A stretch of DNA of 64,000 nt. Origin: Bacteroidetes bacterium 41-46. GTDB taxonomy: Bacteria > Bacteroidota > Bacteroidia > Bacteroidales > UBA932. The first letter of the stretch is position 1; the number at the start of each line of letters is the position of its first letter. This document shows positions 9,890 through 19,964 of this stretch, piece by piece. The notes under the pieces were generated by a model that saw nothing but the letters and a program-made list of their open reading frames with translations, was not told the origin of the DNA and did not search any database. The stretch lies in contig MKTA01000019.1 in NCBI GenBank assembly GCA_001897515.1, positions 101,726 through 165,725 of the forward strand, written 5' to 3'. The translations under genes and the position numbers were made by a program.

Positions 9890-10818
9890 AACATATTGTT
9901 TTTAATCTTTATCAAGTCGGCTCTCTTTAGCGGCGATTTTGAGAACCATCTATCAAAGTACTCCTGATCCATTGTGAACCACATCTCTTTTGTAATTTCT
10001 GTTATTCTCCCTCCATTCTCTCCATGTTGCAAAACGCTGAACTCCTTCCACTCAGACGGCTCTCCTTTTGAACTCCATGGGCAAGCCTCCAGACAGATAT
10101 CACATCCAAATACCCATCCACAATCAGAAGGAGCGGAATTGGCCTCTTCCGAACCATCCACTCTTGATTCTATTGTCTGGTAAGATATGCATCTCCTTGC
10201 ATCAAGCCTCCTCTCCTCAAGTAGTGCACTTGTAGGACAGGACTCTAAACATCTTCGGCAACTCCCGCAACCCTCCTTGACAGAGCTTCCGTATATAACC
10301 TCTTTATTAAGCAAAATAACCCCAATTATGGTATGGAGGCCATGTCTCTTGCTTATAAGGAATGTGTTTTTGCCAATGAATCCCAGTCCGGCTTTAGCCG
10401 CCCACGCCCTCTCCATTACAGGGGCAGAATCACAAAACACTCTGTATTTTACATCAGGAATACGACTCTTGAGAGTAGTACAAATTGAATACAACTTATC
10501 CCTGACAATCTTATGATAATCCTCTCCGTATGCATATGAGGCAATTCTTGGATAGATGCCACTCTGCCTTTCTGATGGCTTATAGGGGGCAAGAAAACAC
10601 AGAACAGACTTAACCCCCTCAAGCAGGAGGGCAGGATTCTCTCTAAGCTCAATATTTCTGGCCATATATTCCATATCACCATTAAAGCCATCTCTTATTG
10701 ACTCTCTCAATCTGGCAATATCCTTTTCAAGTGGCGATGCAATTGCTGCTCCATAATCTGCGAACCCCTCTTGTGCCGAGAGCTCTTTTATTAAAGCATC
10801 TATTCCCTCAGGAGTCAT
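9886..10818 (-). CDS. queG: tRNA epoxyqueuosine(34) reductase
   Basis: YAYGEDYH, DSAPVMERAWAAKAGLGFIGKN, two Fe-S motifs CGSCRRCLESCPT and GCDICLEACPW. Confidence 0.96.
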   Translation of the reverse strand: MTPEGIDALIKELSAQEGFADYGAAIASPLEKDIARLRESIRDGFNGDMEYMARNIELRENPALLLEGVKSVLCFLAPYKPSERQSGIYPRIASYAYGEDYHKIVRDKLYSICTTLKSRIPDVKYRVFCDSAPVMERAWAAKAGLGFIGKNTFLISKRHGLHTIIGVILLNKEVIYGSSVKEGCGSCRRCLESCPTSALLEERRLDARRCISYQTIESRVDGSEEANSAPSDCGWVFGCDICLEACPWSSKGEPSEWKEFSVLQHGENGGRITEITKEMWFTMDQEYFDRWFSKSPLKRADLIKIKNNML

Positions 10819-10860
10819 TTTTCAGTTTTAAAAAAGCTGTTATTTATAAATATATGAAAT

Positions 10861-10896
10861 CAAAAATAGAATTTATCTACAAATTTTATACATTTG
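10861..10896. promoter_or_regulatory. Divergent -7 elements (queG / threonine dehydrogenase)
   Basis: TATTTTTG on minus (10861-10868) and TACATTTG on plus (10889-10896). Confidence 0.6.
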
Positions 10897-10932
10897 TATC
10901 CTATTTCCTTATAGAATCAAATGTTCTAAAGT

Positions 10933-11880
10933 ATGAATGTATTAATTGTTGGTGCCGGAGGACAAATTGGCACGGAACTGGTTCCTCATCTCCAAAAAAT
11001 ATATGGCGAAGATAACATAATTGCCGCAGATTTAAGACCTGAAGTTGTTAGCAGACTGTCAGGAGGTTCAAGGGCTATAATGCTGGATGCTCTTGACATG
11101 AAGGCATACACAGAGGTGGTAAAGGAGAATAAAATCAACAGAATATACAATCTTGTAGCACTGCTCTCTGCAACCGGCGAAAAAAATCCTCTTCTTGCAT
11201 GGAATATCAATATGGGGGCACTCCTTAATTCGCTGGAAATTGCCAAAGAGTTTAACTGTTCTGTTTTTACCCCAAGCTCAATAGGTGCTTTTGGAAAAGA
11301 CACTCCTCATGTTAAGACTCCTCAGGATACTGTTATGAGGCCAAATACCATGTACGGAGTATGCAAGGTGTCAGGTGAACTGCTAAGTGACTACTACTAT
11401 TCAAGGTATGGAGTTGACACCAGAAGTGTAAGATTCCCCGGAATTATTTCAAATGGCTGCCTGCCCGGTGGCGGGACAACAGATTATGCAGTAGAGGTAT
11501 TCTATGAAGTATTGAAAAGTGGCGAATACACCTGTCCTATCCCGGAAAATACATATATGGATATGCTCTATATGCCTGACGCACTAAATGCCTGCACTCA
11601 GCTTATGGATGCAGATCCATCAAAGCTTGTTCACAGAAACAGCTTTAATGTAACAGCTATGAGCTTCTCTCCAAAAGAGCTCTTCAGCTCCATTGAGAAA
11701 CGAGTTAACGGTGCAAAATTCAAATATGAAATTGACCCTGTAAAGGATCAAATATCTTCCTCATGGCCTGACAGCCTTGATGACAGCTGTGCAAGAGAGG
11801 AGTGGGGCTGGAAGCCGGTATGGGATATGGAGAGCATGGTTGATGATATGCTCACTGCTATTGCGGCAAAACTTAAATGA
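10933..11880 (+). CDS. L-threonine 3-dehydrogenase (extended SDR / NAD-dependent epimerase fold)
   Basis: GAGGQIG Rossmann motif, YGVCK catalytic YxxxK, PGGGTTDYAV signature. Confidence 0.9.
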   Translation: MNVLIVGAGGQIGTELVPHLQKIYGEDNIIAADLRPEVVSRLSGGSRAIMLDALDMKAYTEVVKENKINRIYNLVALLSATGEKNPLLAWNINMGALLNSLEIAKEFNCSVFTPSSIGAFGKDTPHVKTPQDTVMRPNTMYGVCKVSGELLSDYYYSRYGVDTRSVRFPGIISNGCLPGGGTTDYAVEVFYEVLKSGEYTCPIPENTYMDMLYMPDALNACTQLMDADPSKLVHRNSFNVTAMSFSPKELFSSIEKRVNGAKFKYEIDPVKDQISSSWPDSLDDSCAREEWGWKPVWDMESMVDDMLTAIAAKLK

Positions 11881-11905
11881 CCTTTTTTAACCTTTCTATA
11901 ACCAG

Positions 11906-11939
11906 AAAGCGGTCCGACGTGAGTTGCGCCGCTTTTTTT
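11906..11939 (+). terminator. Intrinsic terminator after the threonine dehydrogenase gene
   Basis: AAAGCGG...CCGCTTT stem with inner CGAC-GTGA-GTTG hairpin, followed by T7. Confidence 0.75.
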
Positions 11940-11944
11940 CATAC

Positions 11945-13039
11945 CTATTTAGGGGCAATTCTGTAGAGTAGATAGGCAATTGTTCCGTAAAGGATATTGG
12001 GCACCCAAAGTGCTAACCATGGGGGCAGCACACCTGAATGGACGAACATCTGGCTGAACCTTAAAAAAAGTATGTATGAGAAGCTTAAAGCTATTCCTAT
12101 TCCAATATTCATCCCTATCCCACCCCTTTTTTTCTTTGATGAAAGTGATACACCCATAATTGTCAGGATTATTGCTGCAAATGGAAGCGCGAATCTTGTG
12201 TGTTTCTCAATAAGGGCATATTTAACCATCTTATCACCCCTCATCTTCTGGGTGGAAATCATATCGTTAAGCTGACGGTAGTTCAAAGTTTGTACAATAT
12301 TTGTTCTAGCACTTAAGTCCTCATATGTCAGATTGATAAGAGTATCTATCTGAGCTCCCTTTGTAATTGTCTGAACGCCTCTTTCATCAAATTTTCGGTG
12401 GTAGTATTCAAAGAGCTTCCATTTCCCGGACAGACTGTCCCATACAGCGTTTTCAGCCGACAATTTGGATATCATTTTGTGGCCGTCCATCTTTTCCAGT
12501 GTGAACTTTATTCCGCTTTTACTAAAGTTGCTGAAAGACTCCATATAGACGAATTCGCCCGGATTAATCTGATAGTGTATATTTCTGTCGGTGTTTACAT
12601 ACTGCTTTTTGACATATTTGTTCTCAAACTCAAGTCTCCCTCTGTTTGAGGGGGGGATTATGTAGAGGTTGAGAAGGAGGCTGAAAACTGTAATAAAAAG
12701 TGCAGACAGTATATATGGATATAGCATTCTGTTAAAACTTATTCCACCTGAAAGTATAGCCACAATCTCGCTGTTGGCAGCAAGTTTTGAAGTAAAGAAA
12801 ATGACTGTTATGAATACAAATAGCGGGCTGAACATATTCATAAAATATGGGACAAAGTTCGCATAATACTGAAAAACAATCTTTTCCAGAGGAGCCTGAG
12901 TCTGTACAAAGTTGTCTATCTTTTCACTTATGTCAAAAATTATGACTATCCCAATAATAACAAGGAGTGCCGACAGATAGGTTCCAATAAACTTTCTGAT
13001 TATATACTTATCTAAAATGGTCGGCTTAAACTTCATCAT
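11945..13039 (-). CDS. lptG: LptF/LptG family LPS export permease (LptG-like)
   Basis: ILDKYIIRKF, SKLAANSEIVAILSGGISF, 3+3 TM layout; follows tgt. Confidence 0.85.
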   Translation of the reverse strand: MMKFKPTILDKYIIRKFIGTYLSALLVIIGIVIIFDISEKIDNFVQTQAPLEKIVFQYYANFVPYFMNMFSPLFVFITVIFFTSKLAANSEIVAILSGGISFNRMLYPYILSALFITVFSLLLNLYIIPPSNRGRLEFENKYVKKQYVNTDRNIHYQINPGEFVYMESFSNFSKSGIKFTLEKMDGHKMISKLSAENAVWDSLSGKWKLFEYYHRKFDERGVQTITKGAQIDTLINLTYEDLSARTNIVQTLNYRQLNDMISTQKMRGDKMVKYALIEKHTRFALPFAAIILTIMGVSLSSKKKRGGIGMNIGIGIALSFSYILFLRFSQMFVHSGVLPPWLALWVPNILYGTIAYLLYRIAPK

Positions 13040-13045
13040 TATGAA

Positions 13046-14176
13046 TTAAAGTTTGGTCTCCAGTTTTTTAACCATGACATTTTTCCAGATGGTATAATCT
13101 CCCTCTTTTATGTGTTTTGCGGCCTCTCTAACCAGCCACAGATAGAAGGCAAGGTTGTGTTCACTTGCAATCTGCGCCCCCAATATCTCCTGAGATATAA
13201 AAAGATGCCTCAGATAGGCTTTAGTGTATGTTAAGTCCACAAAGGATATACCATTTGGATCTATAGGCGAGAAATCATCTGCCCATTTTTTATTTCTTAT
13301 GTTAATTATCCCTTCCGAAGTGAATAGCATTCCGTTTCTGGCGTTTCTTGTGGGCATGACACAGTCAAACATATCAACCCCTCTTGCAATTCCTTCAAGT
13401 ATATTTGCAGGAGTCCCCACACCCATCAGATATCTGGGCTTATTCTCAGGAAGTATCGGAGTAACCACCTCCAGCATCTCATACATCTGTTCAGTAGGCT
13501 CTCCTACCGACAGACCACCTATTGCATAGCCCTCCCTCCCAAGTGAAACTGCGTGCTCAGCAGCCTCTCTCCTGAGATCCGGATAGACACATCCCTGCAC
13601 AATAGGAAAAAATGCCTGGGAATAGCCGTATAGTGGCTCTGTGGAATCAAAGTGTTCACATCCCCTCTCCAGCCACCCCTGAGTGAGTTTTAGTGACTTT
13701 TTAGCGTAAGCGTGGGTAGAGTCTCCGGGTGGGCATTCATCAAGGGCCATAATAATATCTGCACCTATTATTCTCTGTATATCCACAACTCCCTCGGGAG
13801 AGAAGAGATGTTTTGAGCCATCTATATGAGACCTGAATGTACACCCTTCGTTTGTTAGTTTCCTCTGTTCAGAGAGTGAAAAAACCTGATATCCTCCGCT
13901 ATCGGTAAGTATAGGCCCCTCCCATGAGCTAAATTTATGAAGACCACCCGCTTTCTTCAATATCTCTGTTCCCGGTCTGAGATACAGATGGTATGTATTG
14001 CCCAAAATTATCTGAGCCTTTATGTCCTCTTTAAGATCTCTGTGATATACCGCCTTAACTGTGCCTAAAGTACCTACAGGCATAAATATGGGAGTATCAA
14101 TTACTCCATGGTCTGTATATATCTTTCCGCAGCGCGCTGATGAGGCAGAATCTTTAGCCGTTAGTTCAAACTTCAT
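13046..14176 (-). CDS. tgt: tRNA-guanine(34) transglycosylase
   Basis: TPIFMPVGT, GNTYHL, TDSGGYQ, LDECPP, GGLSVGE, YLMGVG, DCVMPTRNAR. Confidence 0.99.
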   Translation of the reverse strand: MKFELTAKDSASSARCGKIYTDHGVIDTPIFMPVGTLGTVKAVYHRDLKEDIKAQIILGNTYHLYLRPGTEILKKAGGLHKFSSWEGPILTDSGGYQVFSLSEQRKLTNEGCTFRSHIDGSKHLFSPEGVVDIQRIIGADIIMALDECPPGDSTHAYAKKSLKLTQGWLERGCEHFDSTEPLYGYSQAFFPIVQGCVYPDLRREAAEHAVSLGREGYAIGGLSVGEPTEQMYEMLEVVTPILPENKPRYLMGVGTPANILEGIARGVDMFDCVMPTRNARNGMLFTSEGIINIRNKKWADDFSPIDPNGISFVDLTYTKAYLRHLFISQEILGAQIASEHNLAFYLWLVREAAKHIKEGDYTIWKNVMVKKLETKL

Positions 14177-14193
14177 AATATAGAATGTGCGCC

Positions 14194-14222
14194 CAAAGAT
14201 AATAATTTAATGACTATATTTG
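14194..14222. promoter_or_regulatory. Back-to-back -7 elements (tgt / nucleoside transporter)
   Basis: TATCTTTG on minus (14194-14201) and TATATTTG on plus (14215-14222), 13 bp apart. Confidence 0.65.
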
Positions 14223-14262
14223 CCTTGTACAAATCAGGAGAACAACATAACAAAATAGATAC

Positions 14263-15747
14263 GTGAAAAAATTTCTGTTACTTCTTACCCTCTGCCTCGC
14301 CTTTAGCGGCATCTCGGCTCAGGATACTCTTCAGACTGCAGAAACAGCAGCAGTAATTCAGACAGATTCAACAACAATTTTATCAACAGAGACTCTTCAA
14401 ACCGGAGTTGCGCCAAATCCATACAAAGACATACTTGGAAAAAAGGAGTTTGTATTTAATATCGGCTCTATTTTAAGAGGTTTGTTGGGCATGGCCGTAA
14501 TTATTTTTATTGCCTGGCTATTCTCAACAGACAGAAGGCGTGTAAACTGGAAAACCGTTGGTTTTGCTCTGCTCTTTCAATTGTTGCTGGCAATTTCAGT
14601 AATTGCATTCCCGGTGGTTCAGGATGTATTTGAGTTTATGGGGAAACTCTTCGTTGCTGTATTAAACTGGACCAAGGCCGGCTCGGAATTCCTGTTTGGT
14701 CCTCTGGTTGACACATCAAACTTTGGATTTATCTTCTCACTTCAGATATTACCTACAATTATCTTCTTCTCTGCACTTACCAGCCTCTTCTTCTACCTGG
14801 GAGTGCTTCAAAAGGTTGTATGGGTAATGGCTTGGCTCTTATCTAAAGCTCTTAATCTTACCGGTGCCGAATCCCTCTCTACGGCAGGAAATATTTTTCT
14901 TGGGCAGACCGAGGCTCCACTTATGGTTAAAGAGTACATTCCCAGAATGACTAAAAGTGAGGTTATGCTGGTTATGACTGCGGGGATGTCCACTATGGCA
15001 GGGGGAGTACTAGCTGCCTACATTAGTATGCTGGGTGGAGGTGACAGGCTCATGGAGATAGAGTTCGCAAAGCACCTGCTCTCTGCATCGGTTATGGCTG
15101 CTCCCGGGGCAATTGCAATTGCAAAAATACTCAGACCTCAAACAGAGGAGATTGACAACTCGGTTGAGGTCCCTAAGGAGAAAATCGGAAAAAATGTTTT
15201 GGATGCCATTTCAAACGGAACAACTGACGGGTTGAAACTGGCAGCAAATGTTGCTGCTATGCTACTTGTATTCTACGCCCTTATTGCAGGATTTAACTAT
15301 ATTTTTGAACACATAGGATCCTGGACCTCTCTGAACCCAGTGATAGCCAGCGCAACTGACGGAAGATTTTCATCGCTTAACATGCAGTTCCTCCTCTCAT
15401 ATCTATTTGCACCTGTTATATGGCTGACAGGAGTACCGGGCGAAGACCTCGCACTTGTTGGTAGATTACTGGGTGAGAAACTTATCCTTACTGAGTTTGT
15501 AGGCTATCAGAGCCTCTCTGAAATGATTCAGTCCGGTGCTTTCGCTAATCCAAAGTCAATAATAATGGCTACATATGTTTTGTGCGGCTTTGCAAACTTT
15601 GCATCGGTAGGTATTCAGATTGGCGGAGTAGGCGGAATAGCGCCCAATCAGAAGCCGACCCTATCCGCATATGGATTCAGGTCTCTGCTGGGTGCAACTT
15701 TGGTTGCCCTGATGTCAGCAGCAATGATTGGGATGCTTATTGCTTAA
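14263..15747 (+). CDS. nupC: Concentrative nucleoside transporter (CNT/NupC family), GTG start
   Basis: LPTIIFFSAL, NIFLGQTEAPL, GMSTMAGGV, EKLILTEFVGY, LCGFANFASVGIQIGG. Confidence 0.93.
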   Translation: MKKFLLLLTLCLAFSGISAQDTLQTAETAAVIQTDSTTILSTETLQTGVAPNPYKDILGKKEFVFNIGSILRGLLGMAVIIFIAWLFSTDRRRVNWKTVGFALLFQLLLAISVIAFPVVQDVFEFMGKLFVAVLNWTKAGSEFLFGPLVDTSNFGFIFSLQILPTIIFFSALTSLFFYLGVLQKVVWVMAWLLSKALNLTGAESLSTAGNIFLGQTEAPLMVKEYIPRMTKSEVMLVMTAGMSTMAGGVLAAYISMLGGGDRLMEIEFAKHLLSASVMAAPGAIAIAKILRPQTEEIDNSVEVPKEKIGKNVLDAISNGTTDGLKLAANVAAMLLVFYALIAGFNYIFEHIGSWTSLNPVIASATDGRFSSLNMQFLLSYLFAPVIWLTGVPGEDLALVGRLLGEKLILTEFVGYQSLSEMIQSGAFANPKSIIMATYVLCGFANFASVGIQIGGVGGIAPNQKPTLSAYGFRSLLGATLVALMSAAMIGMLIA

Positions 15748-15764
15748 ACACTGCAAGAGAATAG

Positions 15765-16493
15765 TCAGAGAGTAGCGCAGATATCCATTATCTGCGCTAT
15801 CTCTTTATCTGAGGACTCTATCTGCCCCCTGATGGGCTTTATTGTCTCTCTTATATATCTCATTCCTGAAACGGCCTCATGCTTGGCAGAAAAGTGTACC
15901 TCTCTGAAACCTGTTACATTATATATATCATTAATATTGCCCGGAACCACCCCACTGCCAACCAAAATTGCTATTCTATCCCCTGCACTCTCTATTATCT
16001 CCTTTAGCAGGAACCTGCCCTCATAAGCCGTGTCATGCAGACCGGATGTAAGAATTCGGCAGCATCCGCTTTCAATAATATCTTCCAGAGCCACTCTCCA
16101 TTCACTACACCTGTCAAATGCTCTGTGAAAAACAACCTCCATACCTCCGGCAAGGTCAACGATCTCTTTTAGCTTTTGTTTATCAACATTACCATCTTTG
16201 TCAAGAAAGCCTACAACAACACCCCCGGCTCCACTCTCTTTACAATAAAGTACATCTCTTTTAATAAGATCAAACTCCACCTCGTTATACAGAAAATCTC
16301 CACCTCTCGGCCTTATCAAAACCATAACACCCGGTTTAAGGTTTTCACAACAGTATCTTATTAGTGCCGGAGAGGGAGTCAATCCCCCCTCTGAGAGGGC
16401 CTGGCATAATTCTATTCTGTCCGCTCCTGCTCTGTCAGCAGCAAGAGCAGAGTTAATATTATCTGTGCATACCTCTGTAATGACTCTTCTCAT
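15765..16493 (-). CDS. cutC: CutC family protein (copper homeostasis annotation)
   Basis: EVC, GADRIELC..L.EGGLTPS, MVLIRPRGGDF.Y, VFHRAFD, RILTSG; start placed at MRRVI because a TAACTTTG element lies at 16509-16516. Confidence 0.93.
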   Translation of the reverse strand: MRRVITEVCTDNINSALAADRAGADRIELCQALSEGGLTPSPALIRYCCENLKPGVMVLIRPRGGDFLYNEVEFDLIKRDVLYCKESGAGGVVVGFLDKDGNVDKQKLKEIVDLAGGMEVVFHRAFDRCSEWRVALEDIIESGCCRILTSGLHDTAYEGRFLLKEIIESAGDRIAILVGSGVVPGNINDIYNVTGFREVHFSAKHEAVSGMRYIRETIKPIRGQIESSDKEIAQIMDICATL

Positions 16494-16539
16494 CTTTCTT
16501 AGTTTTTGCAAAGTTAGTTCAATTACGCCCAAACAAAAA

Positions 16540-16575
16540 AGAGGGTGACCAAAAATCTCTTTTTAGTCACCCTCT
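16540..16575 (-). terminator. Intrinsic terminator of the ribosomal protein operon
   Basis: AGAGGGTGAC-C-AAAAA-TCTC-TTTTT-A-GTCACCCTCT inverted repeat, followed on the minus strand by a T-tract. Confidence 0.85.
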
Positions 16576-16595
16576 CTAAATATATCAGGGAGAGA

Positions 16596-17129
16596 TTACT
16601 CCTCCTTCTTCTCTTCGCTCTTCTTCGCTCTTGGCTTTGCAGGAGCTTTTGCTTTAGGTTCAGCTGCTACGGCCTCATCAGCCTTTACCTCTGTTCCCTC
16701 TGCCTTCTTTGAGCGACCGCGTCTTGTGGCAGGCTTCTTAACCTCAGGCTTAGCAGAAGCAAGCATTGCCTCATTAAAGTCAACCAGCTCAATCATTGCC
16801 ATATCAGCCGCATCACCCTGACGGAAACCAGTCTTTAGAATTCTGGTGTATCCACCCGGACGGTCAGCAATCTTTGGTGCTATTGTACGGAACAATTCAG
16901 AGACAGCCTCTTTCTGCTTCAGGTATGAGAAAACTATACGGCGAGAATGGGTTGTGTCATCCTTTGACTTTGTGAGAAGTGGTTCAATATAAACTCTCAG
17001 AGCTTTTGCCTTAGCAACTGTGGTCTCAATCCTTTTATGCAAAATGAGAGATGATGCCATATTAGCAAGCATCGCCTTGCGATGTCCGCTCTTACGGCCC
17101 AGGTGATTAAATTTTTTATTGTGCCTCAT
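16596..17129 (-). CDS. rplQ: 50S ribosomal protein L17 with Ala/Lys/Glu-rich C-terminal tail
   Basis: [21 protein letters not shown]...IETTVAKAK...RPGGYTRI. Confidence 0.99.
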   Translation of the reverse strand: MRHNKKFNHLGRKSGHRKAMLANMASSLILHKRIETTVAKAKALRVYIEPLLTKSKDDTTHSRRIVFSYLKQKEAVSELFRTIAPKIADRPGGYTRILKTGFRQGDAADMAMIELVDFNEAMLASAKPEVKKPATRRGRSKKAEGTEVKADEAVAAEPKAKAPAKPRAKKSEEKKEE

Positions 17130-18129
17130 GTTTAATTACTTTCTTTTCAATGTTATACTTTGATACATCCATTCCAAAGCTGAGCTTGAGTCTTTCAACA
17201 AGCATATCTATCTCTGTGAGGGACTTCTTTCCAAAATTCCTGAACTTCATCAGCTCATTTCTCTGAAGGGAAACAAGATCTGCAAACGTCTCTATGTCAG
17301 CAGCCTTAAGGCAATTTAACGCCCTTACTGAAAGCTCCATATCAGATAGTTTTGTGAGTAAAAGGTGTCTCATTCTGAGCGACTCTTCATCTAACTCATT
17401 GCTAACAACCTCTACCGGAGCCTCAAGAGATATCTTCTCATCAGAGAAAAGCATAAAGTGGTGAATCAGAATTTTCGCAGCCTCTTTAAGAGCATCCTTA
17501 GGATGGATTGAACCATCTGTGGTAATCTCCAGATTAAGCTTTTCGTAGTCTGTCTTCTGCTCAACACGCCAGTTCTCAACGAAGTATTTAACATTCTTAA
17601 TAGGGGTGAAAATGGCATCAATCGGAATCAATCCAAAAGGTGCATCCTCTATACGGTTCTCCTCTGCCGGAACATATCCTCTCCCTTTATTGATTCTAAG
17701 TTCTATTGTAAGTGCCACTGATGGCTCCATTGTACAAATGTGCCACTCAGGGTTCAGAACTTTAAATGAAGAGAGTTGCTTTGAAATATCTTCCGCGGTA
17801 AACTCCTGTTTTCCGCTTACAGTTACGGTAACAACCTCTGAATCCTCCCCCTCTACCATTCTTTTGAACCTTACCTGCTTTAGATTGAGTATAATGTCAA
17901 CAACTGTTTCAATAACTCCCGGTATGGTTGCAAATTCATGATCTACACCCTGTATCTTGATTGAGGTTATGGCGTAACCTTCAAGAGAAGAGAGCAGGAT
18001 GCGGCGCAAAGCGTTACCAACTGTGATGCCGTAACCCGGCTCAAGCGGACGGAACTCAAATCTGCCGAATGTATCGGTTGATTCAAGCATAATTACCTTA
18101 TCCGGTTTTTGAAATGCTAATATTGCCAT
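17116..18129 (-). CDS. rpoA: RNA polymerase subunit alpha
   Basis: [21 protein letters not shown]; alpha-[13 protein letters not shown]...[11 protein letters not shown]. Confidence 0.99.
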   Translation of the reverse strand: MAILAFQKPDKVIMLESTDTFGRFEFRPLEPGYGITVGNALRRILLSSLEGYAITSIKIQGVDHEFATIPGVIETVVDIILNLKQVRFKRMVEGEDSEVVTVTVSGKQEFTAEDISKQLSSFKVLNPEWHICTMEPSVALTIELRINKGRGYVPAEENRIEDAPFGLIPIDAIFTPIKNVKYFVENWRVEQKTDYEKLNLEITTDGSIHPKDALKEAAKILIHHFMLFSDEKISLEAPVEVVSNELDEESLRMRHLLLTKLSDMELSVRALNCLKAADIETFADLVSLQRNELMKFRNFGKKSLTEIDMLVERLKLSFGMDVSKYNIEKKVIKHEAQ

Positions 18130-18137
18130 TTTATTTT

Positions 18138-18743
18138 TTATTTAGAGTATAACTCAACAATTAACTGCTCGTTTATGTTCTCCGGAATCTCTGTTCTGTC
18201 CGGAAGGTTGAGAAGTTTTCCCGACAGAGATGCGGCATCCCACTCAATCCAGGCAAACTTGCTTGAACCACGAGAGATATTGTCCTGAATAACCTCTAAA
18301 CTCTTTGATCTCTCACGAACGCCAATAATGTCGCCGGGTTTAATCAAAGTTGAAGGAATATTGCAAATATCACCATTAAGTACAATGTGGCAGTGAGTCA
18401 CAAGCTGTCTTGCAGCTGCTCTTGAAGGAGCAATGCCCATTCTGTACACAAGGTTGTCAAGGCGAGTTTCAAGCAGGAAGAGAAGGTTTTCACCTTTGCG
18501 TCCCTTCATCTTTGAAGCCTTTTCATAAAGGTTGCGGAATTGTCTCTCCAGAATTCCGTATGTATATTTTACTTTTTGCTTCTCCTTTAGCTGTATGCCA
18601 TACTCAGAAGTTTTTTTGCGCTTCTTTGCCATACCGTGCTGTCCCGGAGGATAGTTTTTCTTTTCGTAACTTTTATCGGGGCCGAAAACCGGCTCACCAA
18701 ATTTGCGGGCAATTTTTGTAGAAGGCCCTGTATATCTTGCCAT
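18138..18743 (-). CDS. rpsD: 30S ribosomal protein S4
   Basis: MARYTGP...[12 protein letters not shown]...[10 protein letters not shown]. Confidence 0.99.
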   Translation of the reverse strand: MARYTGPSTKIARKFGEPVFGPDKSYEKKNYPPGQHGMAKKRKKTSEYGIQLKEKQKVKYTYGILERQFRNLYEKASKMKGRKGENLLFLLETRLDNLVYRMGIAPSRAAARQLVTHCHIVLNGDICNIPSTLIKPGDIIGVRERSKSLEVIQDNISRGSSKFAWIEWDAASLSGKLLNLPDRTEIPENINEQLIVELYSK

Positions 18744-18773
18744 ATTAACTTATTTAAATCAATTTTTAATAGT

Positions 18774-19166
18774 TTATACTCTACGGCGGCCTTTCGGACG
18801 GCAACCATTGTGAGGAAGCGGAGTCACGTCAATGATCTCAGTTACCTCAATGCCGGCTCCGTGAATGGTACGGATAGCCGACTCACGGCCTGCGCCCGGT
18901 CCTTTTACATATGCCTTAACTTTACGCAATCCCAGGTCAAAAGCTACCTTTGCACAATCCGCAGCTGCAGTTTGGGCAGCGTATGGAGTGTTCTTTTTAG
19001 AACCTCTGAAACCCATCTTACCGGCAGATGACCAGCTGATAACCTGACCCTCGTTGTTAGTCAGGGTTACGATAACGTTGTTAAAAGTAGAAGAGATATG
19101 GGCTTGCCCGTATGCTTCAACTTTTACAACTCTCTTTTTATTTGTTGTTCCTGTCTTTTTTGCCAT
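18774..19166 (-). CDS. rpsK: 30S ribosomal protein S11
   Basis: STFNNVIV...[11 protein letters not shown]...[12 protein letters not shown]. Confidence 0.99.
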   Translation of the reverse strand: MAKKTGTTNKKRVVKVEAYGQAHISSTFNNVIVTLTNNEGQVISWSSAGKMGFRGSKKNTPYAAQTAAADCAKVAFDLGLRKVKAYVKGPGAGRESAIRTIHGAGIEVTEIIDVTPLPHNGCRPKGRRRV

Positions 19167-19176
19167 AATCTAGGTT

Positions 19177-19554
19177 CTATTTAGTTGCTTTCTTCTTGTT
19201 AGCTACTGTTTTCTTCTTACCCTTACGAGTACGGGCGTTATTCTTTGTAGACTGTCCACGGGTAGGCAGTCCCAGACGATGTCTGATGCCTCTGTAGCAG
19301 CCAATGTCCATCAATCGCTTGATGTTCAGTTGTACCGATGAACGAAGTTCACCTTCGATTTTGAATTCCGATGCAATCATTCCACGGATTGCAGCAATTT
19401 GATCGTCATTCCAGTCTTTCACCTTTGTGTTAAAATCAATACCAAGTTTGGTAAGAATCTCCTGTGAAGAACTGCGACCAATTCCGTAGATATAGGTCAA
19501 ACCTATCTCTCCGCGTTTGTTTTTTGGTAAATCAACTCCGGCTATACGTGCCAT
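19177..19554 (-). CDS. rpsM: 30S ribosomal protein S13
   Basis: [10 protein letters not shown]...[25 protein letters not shown]. Confidence 0.99.
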   Translation of the reverse strand: MARIAGVDLPKNKRGEIGLTYIYGIGRSSSQEILTKLGIDFNTKVKDWNDDQIAAIRGMIASEFKIEGELRSSVQLNIKRLMDIGCYRGIRHRLGLPTRGQSTKNNARTRKGKKKTVANKKKATK

Positions 19555-19586
19555 ATGTATCTATTCTCTTTATTGTTTACAATTAG

Positions 19587-19703
19587 TTAACCTTGGCGCA
19601 TCTTGAATTTTGGATTCTTTTTGCAAATTACATACAAGCGACCTTTTCGCTTAACTATTTTGCAATCTTCGCTGCGCTTCTTGATGGATGCTTTTACTTT
19701 CAT
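19587..19703 (-). CDS. rpmJ: 50S ribosomal protein L36
   Basis: Below the ORF-track cutoff; hand translation [38 protein letters not shown] in the expected position between infA and rpsM. Confidence 0.97.
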   Translation of the reverse strand: MKVKASIKKRSEDCKIVKRKGRLYVICKKNPKFKMRQG

Positions 19704-19714
19704 ATCTGTAATTA

Positions 19715-19933
19715 TTATTTGTATCTGAAAGAAATTCTTCCCTTTGTTAAATCATAAGGTGACATTTCAACCCTCACCCTGTCTCCCGGCAATATGCGAA
19801 TGTAGTGCATTCTCATTTTGCCCGAAATGTGGGCAATTATTACGTGGCCGTTGTCCAACTCCACGCGAAACATCGCATTGGAAAGGGCCTCTATTATTGT
19901 TCCCTCTTTTTCTATAGCTGATTGTTTAGCCAT
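19715..19933 (-). CDS. infA: Translation initiation factor IF-1
   Basis: [16 protein letters not shown]...[17 protein letters not shown]. Confidence 0.99.
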   Translation of the reverse strand: MAKQSAIEKEGTIIEALSNAMFRVELDNGHVIIAHISGKMRMHYIRILPGDRVRVEMSPYDLTKGRISFRYK

Positions 19934-19964
19934 ATAATGTTTAAATACTCCTTATAAAATAACT

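Noticed and set aside
5398-13039. lptF and lptG in separate operons; ftsX without ftsE
   Set aside because: Common arrangements in Bacteroidota; not unusual
13046-14176. TGT as a queuine-inserting (eukaryote/Chlamydia-like) variant
   Set aside because: Retains the Cys (DECPP) and Val (GGLSVGE) of classical preQ1-type enzymes
18410-19047. Several antisense or alternate-frame ORFs over rpsD/rpsK (e.g. 18636-19031)
   Set aside because: Fully overlap conserved genes; low-information sequence
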